The position numbers were made by a program, and so were the translations under genes. DNA of 64,000 nt. It comes from Octopus vulgaris (taxonomy: Eukaryota). The stretch lies in the NCBI GenBank assembly GCA_951406725.2, contig OX597824.1, positions 31,434,001 through 31,498,000 on the forward strand, read 5' to 3'. The notes under the pieces were generated by a model. The model had not been told where the DNA came from. It did no database searches and saw only the letters and a program-made list of their open reading frames with translations. Positions 37,606 to 51,180 of this stretch are shown piece after piece. Positions within the stretch are counted from its first letter, which is position 1; each line of letters begins with the position of its first letter.

Positions 37606-40600
37606 ATACATACACCAACATTGGTTGTCAAGCGATGGTGGGGGAAAAACAAAGACACAGAGACACATACATAGATAGATGCTACTTTGGTGTGTGATCT
37701 ACAACTTAAAGCTGATTACTTCATGTTACTTTTTAGTTTACTTTGTGCTGGTGCTACTTTGGCGTGTGATCTACCTGAGCAAATTTACTTTAGTTAGTGA
37801 TCTACGCGCTCGCTTTTTTAAAATTATTATATTATTTATTTTTGGTTTCTTTATTTATTAAGACATAAATGTAACAAAGTTTTATAATTAAAGTAATTTT
37901 TATCGATGAATCGAGCGAACATCTGCTAAAAACGCAAGCAAAATGTCTTCAGTACTCTACCTCATCTGTAGTCAACAGAAATAATCAAGGTGAGATTAAA
38001 TGGGCTTTGGATTAAAGAAAGGCGCAGATTGCCGCTATTTCTATGTAGAAAAAAACCCCCAAAAAACAAATCGGGAAACACTTAAACCCATAATTCAAAA
38101 AGAAGTTGCAGAAAATTCGGTTGATCATTCCAATGAATGGCCAGTATAGTCCAATCTAAATCGTATAAATTTTCACCATTCAATTATCAATCACAAAAAA
38201 ACATTACGTTGATAGAAACACAGGAACCAATACTCAAGCAATTGAGAAGACCCGGTTGGATTCGAAATTTCGTATTTTGAAAAAGATGACAGGACTGAAC
38301 CAAAGAACCTTCCAATCTCACCTTAATTATTTCTGTTGGCTACAGATGAGGGAGAGTGCTGAACACCTTTTTCTTGCGTATCGATAAAATTATCACACAC
38401 CAAAGTAAATTTGCTCACTTAGATCTCGCGCCGGTGTATCACCGTATCACCCATAAATATATACATACATACATACATACATACATACATACATACATAC
38501 ATACATACGTACATACGTACATACATACATACATACACATATATATATATTTATAAATACAAACTGGGACAAGAACGCAAAACATTTAGAAGACGATGCA
38601 AAAAACACGGACGGGACATTCGAAGCCTTCAATCTTCAGTCAAGAACCGGATTGTCCTCGCAATTTCGGCTGATTAATCTTGAGATTGCTCCGATCTGGC
38701 CAGCCCCAAAGGAAAATCTAAGCCAAGCGCATTAGATTCCTTGGAAGAAAGCCTCGAATGTATACAAAACACACACACTCACGACGGGCTTTTTTCAATT
38801 TCCGTCTATCAAATCCACTAACAAAGCTTTGGTAGGCTAGAGGCTGTAGTTGAAGACGCTTGTCCAAGGTGCCACGCAGTGAGACTGAACCCGGGACCAC
38901 ACATCCATACTTCTATTTTTTCCTTGCATTTTAGTTTTGATACAAGCCCTTATTTCCTTTTTCAAGTAAAGAATTACATATTTTACTGATTTCCTCAATT
39001 TAAGAAACGTAAACAAACACACGTACGCACTCATATTCACACACACAGACACGCATAAACACATATCTTTATGTATGCACATCCATAGGTGTGTATAAAT
39101 ATGTATGCGTATATATGAGTTTGAACGGACGTCATGGATAGGTCAGCCTCATAAACTGGAATTTCGGTAAATTTTGATACTTACACCCGTATGATTTTCA
39201 TTAAGAAGAGAAGAAAACTTGGATTTTTTGCGTGGAATCAAGTACCCTGACCTCCTAATATGCCGCAAACCCTTTATTTCGATTCGGAAAAAAGGGTAGG
39301 GGATCTGACCCCCCACCTCTTCCCGGGATCATTGGAAATTTTTTTTTCCTTGAGTGAATAAGGGTGACCTCCTAACATGCCACAAGCCCTTTTCTTGGTC
39401 CGGAAAACGGGGTGGGGTAGGGTGGAACCCTCAGAAATTTCACCCTCCTCCACCCTTGGGAAGTACACTAGCACGATTTTCATCAAGAAAAAAAAACACT
39501 GCAAACCCCTTATTTCGATTCGGAAAATAGTGTGGGGGGACCTCCCCATCCCGGGATCATTGGAATTTTTTTTTCCCGGGATCATTGGAAATTTTTTTTC
39601 CTTGAATGAATTACGGTGACCTCCTAACATGCCACAAAACCCTTTTCTTGGTCCGGAAAACGGGGTGGGGTAGGGTGGAACCCTCAGAAATTTCACTCTC
39701 CTCCACCCTTGGGAAGTACACTAGCACGATTTTCATCAAGAAAAAAAAACACTCGGATTTCTTGCATGGAATCAAGTACCCTGACCTCCTAATATGCTAC
39801 AAACCTCTTATTTTTATTCGGAAAAAAGGAGTTGGGTGTGGGAAACCGGTTCTCCCTATCCTGGAATCATTAGAATTTTTTTTTCGTTGAATGCATTACG
39901 GTGAGCGGATTTTTGTGGTTTTCGTCACTGTCTACAATTTTTTTCCAATTATTTTCACATTTGGTATATGGATTAAGTTTTGTATACTAATTATGAAAAT
40001 GAAATTCATTTTTCCTCTAAATTCATAATTAAAAAGTTATTAGCCTTTAAAATTTGCAAAATTTGGGTGTTTTAGCCAATCAGAAGCGATTATTTAAAAA
40101 ATCGGTTTCCATAGCAACAAAAAAGCGGTTATTATTTTTTTTTTTTACACTCTGTTTCCATAGTAACCAAAGATGCTGCGCGTGTGGACAAGGAGTGTAG
40201 GAAATAAACGCCGGTGTGGGACACACCGTTCCATGGTTGATTCTTATCTTTGTGAATTAATGAGGAGAAGGAGATATGAGGAAGATAATTTATTTTATAA
40301 AATCCTAGAGTGTATTGCAAACTTTCGTTCTTGAATTTCTTTAACTAATAGATGTTTGTTTTAAACAATATTTTGACTGTTATTTCTAGCAACTTCTCTT
40401 GATTTGTTTGTAGCTTTCAAATATTAAATTTTCACGCGAATATTTTAATACTCTTTTATTTGTTTCAGTCATTTGACTGTGGTTAAGCTGGAGCACCGCC
40501 TTTAGTCGAACAAATCGACCCCAGGACTTATTCTTTGTGAACCTAGTACTTATTCTATAGGTGTCTTTTGCCGAACTGCTAAGTGACAGGGATGTAGACA

Positions 40601-40619
40601 CACCAACATCGGTTGTCAA
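33377..40619. repeat. Right arm of ~7 kb inverted segmental duplication
   Basis: Begins in a (TA)n/(TG)n tract and ends at ...ATCGGTTGTCAA (40619). Matches the left arm with scattered substitutions and microsatellite length differences. Confidence 0.97.
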
Positions 40620-41620
40620 TTCTTGTGAGGCAATCTTCAAACATGCCTGTGTGGTTTGGAGCATCAGGTGGGCAATATGTATTGCATATTATGTTGTCTT
40701 ATGTATACAATTAGAGTATCACATACCCCAGTAAGACCTGGGGTGTAAGGTCGTCACGGATGTATACAGCAACTCCACCATGGCTCCTTTCCCTTCTGTC
40801 TGTTTGCAGTATGGCATAGTTTGGTACGTGTACTTCTGCATCCTCTATATCAGGGCTGAGGTGACTTTCTCATAGGGCTTGATTGCATGCAGTAAGATCT
40901 CTCAAGAAGGAAATTTTGCTTTTGTTATGATGCAACAGGCCCCCAATATTTAGTAAAAGTATTGGGGTGACGACTGTGCAGGCGTTAGGGGAGGCCATCC
41001 CATGTCTGTTGACTGTGGTGGTCTTGCATAGTGGTGGGCAATGTTCTTTGTTTGTGCATGGTGTAGCCAGGTCAGCTGCTGGACAATCTTTTGCGCCATG
41101 TATAAAAAAAGACTCTTGCTCAGCTGCTCTGTGGTGCATAACATCTAAAAAGCACACTTCTTTTGTGAATTTTTTCCTTGGAGGAGTTTTTCTCTTTAAG
41201 GCCCATGTAATTTTGGCGGGGTGTCGGTTGGTCAAACCACCACTAGCTTGCAACAGAAGATTAAATTCTTTCTTTTCCCACTTTGGTGCCATCTTCGTTT
41301 TTTAAGCCCAGATGGGTAGTAGAGGGTAGAGAGAAAGTAAGTGAGAGATAGAGGGAGGTAGAGGAAGGGGAGAAAAAGAGAAACAGAATGAGGGAGAGGA
41401 CGGGAAGAGAGAGAGGTAACACATTTTCCCATATATATATACATATATGTGTGTGTATATATATATATGGCTAGTAGTATATCTTCTTTGCTAATGTTAA
41501 TGTATTCCATTGTAACTGCCTCGCTGGTTATAGGTGAAGCAGCAAAGAAGTCCACTGGTTCGTTCACTTGTCTGTGTTCCAACGGGGTGGTAAAGACACT
41601 TTTGAACTGGTCATTCAGTA
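40620..41620 (-). mobile_element. CR1-group LINE fragments (AP endonuclease N-terminus and EN-RT linker)
   Basis: ILLLNIGGL...ESHLSPDI..AEVHVPNY...DR...HGGVAVYIR, and ILNDQFKSVFT. Confidence 0.6.
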
Positions 41621-41623
41621 TCT

Positions 41624-44397
41624 TCATCATCATCATTGTTCGACCGTGGTCGAGACAATGGAATTTACCATGCTACGCCAGACTTCACGGTCCATCATGG
41701 CATTACAGAGGTCCTGTTGCTGGATGCCTGTATCCCTGGAGATTACATCAGGGTAGGAGAGTGTGCGCCCTCTGGTATTGCGAGTAGATGGCTTCCAGAG
41801 GAGAAGAGTAGAAATTACTTCTTTTTCAGCTCTACAACAATGTCCAGCAAACTGGACTCTTCTACCTTTCACAAGAGATGATACAGGTGGTAGTTTCCCA
41901 TATATTTGCATTTTGGTTGGATGGCGCTTCCACGAGAGATTTTGAGCTCTCATAAGGAGGCGAGTGTAGGTTCCATCCAACCGCCTCTCAAGCTTCTTTG
42001 ATAACGTCCAGGTTTCTGAGCCATATAGTAGAATTGGTTCGACTGTGGCTTTGAATATTTCAAGTTTGAAGTCTCTATTTAGATTTGATGACCAGATCTT
42101 ATGCATGTCATTACAGGCTGACCAGGCCATACCCTTTCTAGTTAGAAAGTCTTTTCCAGATGATGATATGTATGACCCAAGATATTTATAATCAGAAACC
42201 ATATTTAAAGGCGCACTGTTGAGAGTATGGATGATGCAATCACTGTTGGACAGGCACTTGTTTATGTATTCAGTTTTGGCCTCATTGAGGTAAAGACTTA
42301 CACAATTTGAGGCTTGTTCAAGAGATTGTAAAAGAGACTGGGCATTGGAGAGAGAATCACTGATAAGAGCGATGTCGTCAGCAAAGTCAGTGTCTGTCAA
42401 GTACTCAGCTGGGTGTCTGGAACTTCTTCTTGGTTTTATTTCAAAGCCCTTGCCAGAGATGGTATCAACTGACATACGTAGCACATAATCAACAACAATG
42501 ATGAAAAGAAATGGGGCGAGTGTCTCCCTGCAGTATTCCGGCTTTGATTGAGAAAGATGATGTTTCTGTGTAGAGGACCTTGATGGCAGAAATGATTTTG
42601 TCTGATATCCCATAAAGCTTAAGGATTTCAAACATCTTGTACCTATCTACAGAATCGAACGCTTTAGAAAAGTCTACAAATACCATTGCAAGATCGCGAT
42701 TAAATGCTTTTGATTCTTCAATAAGTCTGCGTAGGCATAGTATCTGGCTCAGCGTTGAGCGCCCATGTCTGAATCCATTTTGGTTCTTTCGGAGCAAAGG
42801 TTCAACAAAAAGGACAAGACGATTTAGGATCAGTTTGTTGTACAGTTTTGCAGCAATTGACATTAGAGATATACCCCTGTAGTTGGTGACGAGGGATAAA
42901 TCGCCTTTTTGGGGTATTGGAATGATTTGAGATTGGTGCCAAATCTTTGGAGCGACAAAGGTGGAAAGTGTGTGGTTGCAGAGGTTGAGCAAAAGTGTGT
43001 GAAATCTATCATCCTTCCAAATTACAGCTGGGATGTTGTCGGGACCAAATGCTTTCGAGGCTTTTAGTTGCTTGGTGGCTGCTGTTAGTTCAAATATGGT
43101 AAAAGGGGAGGTGTTGATGTCCACCGTGTCTGATATAGGCACACTTGGAAGAGTGGGGTTATCAGGGATTTTGGCATTCTTCCCAAGGAGGTTTTTAAAA
43201 TGGGTTGACCAATTTTCTAAACGCTTCTTAGCTGATCCCCCTTTAATTCTAATTGATGACCCAGAATTTTTGCCTGATAGGTCTTTGATGGATTTCCAGG
43301 CGAGATGGTGTTTTTTACTAATGTGCTCTTTGGATAGTTTACTAATTTTGCCATTGATAAATTCGACCTCGGCGTTCAAGTAAGCCTCATCAAGATTCTT
43401 CTTGGCAGCTATGAGTTGGATCTTCAGTGACTGGGATGGAGAACGGTGGTAAGCTAGTGATATAGACTTTAGATGGTTTCTGGCTTCGATGACATTTGGG
43501 GAATTAGAAGGTTTGCTCTGGCCCCTACTCTTCTTTTTGGGAAGAGTAGCCAGTGCAACTTCCTCTGTTGATTTGATGAGGCTGCTGTATACTTCTTCAA
43601 TGTTCTCAGCATCTATTTCAGAAGTAGACAGAGATTGAAATGTGTTATAGACCTCAATAGTAAATTGTTTGGACATATCGGGGTTAGATAAGACTTCCTC
43701 CCAGTCGATCATTTTCATCGGGTGAGGCTTAGTTTTTTTTGGATGAGCGAAGACTAAGCTTAACGGTAGCTGATACATTTCTGTGGTCAGAGCCGACAGA
43801 ACTAAAGGAAGAGTAGGATCCCGAGTCTTTAACACTATTGCGCCATTTCTTTCGAAAGATGAGGTAGTCAATTTGTGCCCTATCACCAAGTGGGGACTCA
43901 AATGTCCAAAGTTGACCTTTTGGTTTCATAAAAGAATTGTTAGAGGTGTAGAGATTAAATTCCTCCAAGAAGTCTTTGAGCATTTCTCCGTTCCGATTAG
44001 TTTTAGAGTTGAAAGTAAACTTGGTCTCATCGGGTCCTAGTCTAGCATTCAGATCACCAGCTATAACTAGAAAATTATGGAGAGGTACTTGCTCAATGGT
44101 TGAACGAAGGGTTGTATAAAAATTTTCAATCTCGTCTGCCACAGACGAATTATGTGGGCTATACACACATACCAATGTTGTTTTTGGGTTTCCATCTATC
44201 TCAAACAACATAATTCTAGGTGAGATTGACTCTATACTCAAGAGAGTATCACTAGCTTTTGATGAAAGTAGAAATCCGATACCTCCAACTGTTGAATTAA
44301 CAGTATTCTTTGATGCTGAGGAGGTTACAAGTTGATAAGAACCGACTTGATGGTATTTGAGGATGTTGTCAGGGTTGTGATTCTGCATTTGCACCAA
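41624..44397 (-). mobile_element. RTE-clade LINE, 5'-truncated, APE plus RT, two frameshifts
   Basis: ORFs 43729..44397 (GDLNA, IDY, SDH), 42489..43901 (NYRGISL, QNGFR, FVDFSKAFDS, QGD) and 41633..42631 (FADD, YLG, LYGSETW). (GAT)n tail. Confidence 0.92.
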
Positions 44398-44429
44398 GTT
44401 CTTCTAGACGGCCAAGATATATAGTTGGA

Positions 44430-44454
<25 letters not shown>

Positions 44455-44461
<7 letters not shown>

Positions 44462-46400
44462 GAGACAGATATCTACTATAAACCGACAGACTCTAAACAG
44501 TACCTACCCTTTGATTCATGCCACTCACGACACACTAGAATGAATGTCCCTTTTTGTTTAGCTAGAAGGATTTGCACCATAATATCAGACACAAACACCC
44601 GACACACACGTCTCCAGGAACTTAGAACCACACTCACAAATAGAAACTATCCACAGCCCCTAATAGACAGTGCAATCCAACGGGTACTTAAATTAAGTAT
44701 AGAAGACCTGAGACAAACAAAACCAAAACAGAAAGAACAATTAAAAACCCATCATTAAAAGTAAACGGCAACCAAAATCCTTGAAAAGGATTTTAACCCA
44801 AGCTACACTGCACTCAACATCAACCACAAAACCAGCAGTTAGAAAATGTGGAAGGCCCAACTGCGGAATCTGTGTCATCTTGAAAGAAGGATCAGAATTT
44901 ATACTGGAACAAGGCCACCAGTTCACCATTAGAACAAACTTCACCTGCGCATCAGAAAACTTAATTTACGTCATAACATGCGCAGGCTGCAATAGGCAGT
45001 ATATAGGCCATACAAAAAATAGCTTACGTAACAGGATGGCGGTGCATAAATCACAAATTAGAAACCCTGATTACCGCAAAATACCGGTCAGCGGACACAT
45101 AGATAGATGTGCTGGAAATGTAAATCCGAAACTTACAACTAACCCGCTCTATAAATTCAGTGACAACGCAACCTTCACACAACGCCAAAATAAAGAACTG
45201 TATTTCATAAAAAAATTTAGACCAAGTTTAAACACCCTGGGCCAGGAATATTAGAACAAAAGATAAGTCCCCCGAAAAGGAGAAGCAAAATTCTACCACG
45301 GCCGCTACCTTAAACAGTCACTCGCACTGACGGAAATATACCTTAGTAAAAAAGGAAAAAAATTCTTTCGTGCAAATCTGACCCTGATGGACTGACCACA
45401 TACGATACAGCTAAGGGTCAGACCCGATTCTGATTGGTCAACACGCTGATGACGTCTAGCTCTGCTAGAATGGACAGGATACAAACAGGGTGCAGAGATT
45501 AGTCAGAATATTGATGACGTACCTTTCTGCTTGACTAGTCACCTAACAAAATACAGACAGGGGGCAGATCTAATGCAGCTATAAGTCGTGATTGGGCAGA
45601 ATCTTGATGACGTCCCGTTCTGCTTGACTAAGCCACCTAACGAAACGACTGGTCAAAACAGGATACAGACAAGAGGCAGTTATAATACAGCGATAGGTCA
45701 CGATTGGTCAGAATGCTGATGACGTCCCGTTCTGCTTGACTAAGCCACCTAACGAAAAGGGGCAGATCTAATACAGCTATAAGTCGTGATTGGTCAGAAT
45801 CATGATGACGTACCGTCCTGCTTGACTTAGCCACCTAACGAAACGACTGGTCAAAACAGGATACAGACAAGAGGCAGTCATAATACAGCGATAGGTCACG
45901 ATTGGTCAGAATGTTGATGACGTACCGTTCTACTTGACTAAAGCCACCTAACGAAACGATTGATCAAAACGTTAATGACGTCACGCTACGCTGGACTGAC
46001 CACTTAACAGGCATTATAAAACCCGAACAACTCACAAGACTCACTAGAATCACCCAGCGAACATCCACCATGGGTCATCACAATTGCTCAAGGTAAAAAT
46101 GAATCCCTCGCTCTTTCGGGAACATCAATCTTCTGTATTGACTACTTTCCACCACTTTGATCTGTTTTTTGTATTGAATACGTATCGCCACCGTGGGCCA
46201 CTGCATCGAACACTTTGAACATATAGCATGAATGAACTTACTTCAAACTATATTTGAACTTTAAGATGTCTGACTCCGTTGTGTATTATAAATGAATTTC
46301 TTGTGTTTGACGGCATGAGCTGTCTTTTTTTATATATAACTTTTTTTGATAAGGTTCATTTCAGGAACTGAATTGTATAATATAGCAGCATTTTCGAACT
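44455..46400 (+). mobile_element. Penelope-like element, 5'-truncated (RT thumb, GIY-YIG, long 3' repeat region)
   Basis: TDIYYKPTDSKQYL..SCH, CGRPNCGIC and NLIYVITCAGCNRQYIGHT..LRNRM..H. Flanked by (TA)n. Confidence 0.88.
45430..45990 (+). repeat. Tandem ~75-115 bp repeats carrying ATTGG and TGACGT motifs
   Basis: GATTGGTCAGAAT..TGATGACGT..CGTTCTGCTTGACTAAGCCACCTAAC recurs about 6-7 times. Confidence 0.85.
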
Positions 46401-46525
46401 TCATTTTTTACAAATATATATATATATATATATACATATGTGTGTATATGTATATGGATATATATATATATATTTGTAATTCGTATACGAGTGGGTATAT
46501 ATTTGTAAAATATACGATCCAATCT

Positions 46526-46553
<28 letters not shown>

Positions 46554-46559
<6 letters not shown>

Positions 46560-47191
46560 ATTCTCTAAATGAGATATAGACAGTAACTGCTCCATAACAT
46601 AAGGGACTAAAGCCATCTGAATATGGCTAGGGACAGGGCAGGGTGGTGGGGGTGTTACTGTTGCATTTAGCCCCAGGCGAACATCAACGTCGCCAGATAG
46701 GCTTGACACCATCACGGTATCCTTTAACCTGCAAAGGGAGATAATTCCCCGATGAAGCGGAAACCACACACGGACCCAGGTTTCAAGGTGTTGTCCCTAG
46801 CCATATTCAGATGGCTTTAGTCCCTTATGTTATGGAGCAGTTACTTTCTATATCTCATTTAGAGAATTATTATTGCTGTCGAACAGATTTTCGAAATCAG
46901 CAAATGTATTTTGCTTGAAAATCTATATATGAATATCCTGCAGAGTGAGATTTCGTCGAGGAAGCGGGGGCCTACCAAACGTTGATGATAGGCAATACAC
47001 CTTGAAACCTGGGTCCGTGTGTGGTTTCCGCTTCATCGGGGAATTATCTCCCTTTGCAGGTTAAAGGACACCGTGATGGTGTCAAGCCTATCTGGCGACG
47101 TTGATGTTCGCCTGGGGCTAAATGCAACAGTAACACCCCCACCACCCTGCCCTGTCCCTAGCCATATTCAGATGGCTTTAGTCCCTTATGT

Positions 47192-47193
<2 letters not shown>
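46554..47193. mobile_element. Penelope-type inverted pLTR remnant in (TA)n
   Basis: 46593-46791 is inverted at ~46997-47193, and 46554-46634 is inverted at 46792-46872. Hammerhead-like motif at ~46977-47020. Confidence 0.7.
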
Positions 47194-47239
<46 letters not shown>

Positions 47240-47380
47240 TAGATAGATAGATAGATAGAGATATATATCCTATACGTAAGTATATATTCTTTAACACCTG
47301 GTACGACTCTACAACACTATCTCTCTCCCCCCTCTCCTACATTTCTCTGCCTTTCACACTTTGCACTCCACTTGATCTGT

Positions 47381-47418
<38 letters not shown>

Positions 47419-47992
47419 TCCTCGTCCTTTGTTCCTTGTTCCCCTTCTTTCTCTCTTCATCTGTCCCTCTTTTCCTCTCTCTTTCCCTCATGTGACTAGC
47501 CACCGATTGCTAGCCTCTTCGTGGCCAGCAGCCGTTGCGGCAAGACACATTTTTTTGTCTCTCTGTAGCCCTAAGGCTTTCTTCTAACGCCAGCTCAAAA
47601 ATTTACTCGTCCTGTCGAAAAGACGCTTGTCTGTGACGTCCTGTTTTTCTTGTTATTATTATTATCATTATTGTTTTTACGTATTTTTGTATTCTTATTC
47701 GTGCTATCATTATTGTTTTTACGTATTTTTGTATTTTTATTCGTGTAACATCGTCCGTTTTCCCGTCCTTGTTTTGTATACATTCGAGGCTTTCTTCCAA
47801 GGAATCTAATGCGCTTGGCTTAGATTTTCTTTTGGGGCTGGCCAGATCGGAGCAATCTCAAGATTAATCAGCCGAAATTGCGAAGATGATCCGCTTCTTG
47901 ACTGAAGATTGAAGGCTTCGTGTTTTTTGTATCGTCTACTAAATGTTTCACGTTCTTGTCCCAGTTTGTATTTTTTTACATTTACATATATT

Positions 47993-48093
<101 letters not shown>

Positions 48094-48851
48094 ATATGTA
48101 TATATATATATACATATATACACAGAGAGAGAGAGGGAGAAAGAAAGAAAAATTTGGTAGGTGATTGAGAAAGCTGGATTCCCACACTTCTATAACTTGT
48201 TTGTGCAGTTAAACTTGCAATGTAATTGGGCTACCTATTTTCATAACAATAACATATAGTTAATAGATCAATTCTTAACTAATCGTCATATAGAAACATG
48301 GATATCTTAAAAGTCTTTAATACAAGACTAGTGTATTGAACACTTGTATTTTTCATTTCAACAAAACAAATTCAATTGTTTGTGGATATACACTTAGATT
48401 ATTAGGTAAGTTTTGGCCAGAAATGGCCCATGCCATGACTAACTTAACAGCACCATCTGCAAAAGACCTTTAAAATAATGTTACATATAACAGTCGTTCT
48501 TTGAGCACCTTAGCCTATTTGAGTAACATACACACACATAATATGAAATGATATAATGCAATGTAAATTTAAATATGTAATATAATATAAATGTGTAATA
48601 TAATATATCCATCTTTAACTTGTTTCAGTCATTAAATCACATCCTCACTGGGGCACCGACTTGGAATATTTTTAGTCAAATCAATCAACCGCAGAACTTA
48701 TTTTTAAAAAACCAGGTACTTATTCTATTTGTCTTTTCTTTTCGTGCAGCAAGTTATAGGGACATAAACACACCAACACTGGTTGTCAAGTGGTGGTAGA
48801 AGACAAACATAGACATAAACACACACAGACACAGACACATTTATGTGTGTG

Positions 48852-48902
<51 letters not shown>

Positions 48903-48903
<1 letters not shown>

Positions 48904-49262
48904 GGCGCAGGAGTGGCTGTGTGGTAAGTAGCTTGCTTACCAACCACATGGTTCCGGGTTCAGTCCCACTGAGTGGCACCTTAGGCGAGTGTCTTCTACA
49001 AAAGCCTCGGGCTGACCAAAGCCTTGTGAGTGGATTTGGTAGACGGAAACTGAAAGAAGCCCGTCGTATATATGTATGTGCATGTATGTTTGTCCCCCTA
49101 GCATTGCTTGACAACCGATGCTGGTGTGTTTATGTCCCCGTCACTTAGCGGTAAGTACTGGGCTTACAAAGAATAAGTGCCGGGGTCGACTTGGTCGACT
49201 AAAGGCGGTGCTCTAGCATGGCCGCAGTCAAATGACTGAAACAAGTAAACGAGAGTAAAGAG

Positions 49263-49263
<1 letters not shown>
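48903..49263 (+). mobile_element. tRNA-derived SINE, consensus-like
   Basis: Full head to tail, embedded in (TA)n. Confidence 0.9.
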
Positions 49264-49293
<30 letters not shown>

Positions 49294-49302
49294 GTGTATA
49301 TA

Positions 49303-49365
<63 letters not shown>

Positions 49366-49629
49366 TTATGTCTATGTTTGTCTTCTACCACCACTTGACA
49401 ACCAGTGTTGGTGTGTTTATGTCCCTATAACTTGCTGCACGAAAAGAAAAGACAAATAGAATAAGTACCTGTGATGCTATTAAGACTTTTTTAAAATTCT
49501 GTGATAAGACTGTACATCATCTTTAAAGAACTTTAATGAACTTTTGAAATCTGTTTATGTTACTTAATTATCTACATTACTTCATGAGTATAGCCTCAAC
49601 CACTAGGATGTCTAGAGAACTCACATGTA

Positions 49630-49720
49630 TTTTAGCTGATGAGTACGGGACACGTTTATATGCTGTAATTTTTGCAACTTTTAATAAAACCTGTCCTTGT
49701 ATGAAACGATTGTACTAAAA
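49630..49720 (+). ncRNA. Type I hammerhead ribozyme motif (PLE-associated, minimal stem III)
   Basis: Stem I TTTTAG/CTAAAA, core CTGATGA (49636-49642), long stem II, GAAAC-gatt-GTA with GUA cleavage triplet. Confidence 0.7.
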
Positions 49721-49870
49721 ACCTATCCATTCTTGTTGCTTCATTCTCGCTTATAATCACCCCACATTACTGTATTGTTAAATCAGTATAGTTGTTTTTG
49801 GTGCATCTAAGTTAGGTACCATATTCAAGTAAATTCATTTAAATTAACTTGAATCTTTATTGCTTTTTGA

Positions 49871-49972
<102 letters not shown>

Positions 49973-50442
49973 CACATATATATATATAAAGTTAAAAGTT
50001 ATGGTTAGTCATGGAACAACCATTGGTGTTACACCTATAACATGCTCAGCAGTAAAGGTAACTGCTAATCGTTTTATAGGTCATTCTATGACCAGTCATA
50101 ACATTTAACATCCTAAAAAAATATATTACTGCTCTAATGCTCTAGAATGGGCTTCATTTTGGGAAATATAAACTACTCACAATGTGTGTGTGTGTGCGCA
50201 CGTGCGCGTGTGCATGTTACTTCTGCCTTTCACCTGCTACGTGTTTCAATTACTGAACCGTGACCAGGCTAGAATGTATATACAGTATGTGTGTATGTTT
50301 ACAGTGCTTTCTCTCAAATTTGTTGTTATAAATGCCTTTCCTTTCAGTACCTGATTCTCTCTTGAATTCTTTATATTATGTGAATGTGTGTGTGTGTTTG
50401 TTTTGTTTGTTGTTGCTGTTCATTGTTCATACACACATACAC

Positions 50443-50484
<42 letters not shown>

Positions 50485-50633
50485 TTATAAGCTTAAAGCT
50501 TGTAATCAATCATTGTACAATGACTAAAGAAAATACTCATTGCATAGTGATTGCCTATAAGCTTTAAGCTGATGAAATACTGTTATTATTATTTACAGAA
50601 TTGTAAAACTCAACGCTGCTTAACAGAAACCAT

Positions 50634-50710
<77 letters not shown>

Positions 50711-50905
50711 AGAGTTTACGTAAAAAACAAAAGACGAAGACAGGTGGTGTACAAAACAAACAGATGTATTAGTATAATGCTCAGGAATAGAAACAGTCTT
50801 TTACGTTTCGAGCCTACAGAAAGGGACACAGAAAACAAGGAGAGAAAAAAATGTGTGTAGTGGCTAACGATCTACATATATATATATACATATATATATA
50901 CATAC

Positions 50906-50972
<67 letters not shown>

Positions 50973-51137
50973 TTATATAGAAGGAGCTTCTACAGGACTA
51001 GAACTGTTTCATTCAAGAGAAATCATCAATGAAACAGTTCTAGTCCTGTAGAAGCTCCTTCTATATAATAAATTAATTTTACTCTGCTATATATTGAGTA
51101 CCTTATTTACTGTGGTTAACCCCGAATCAACCCGGTA

Positions 51138-51180
<43 letters not shown>

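Noticed and set aside
50565-50625. CTGATGA hammerhead-like motif
   Set aside because: GAAA and the NUH cleavage triplet are disrupted.
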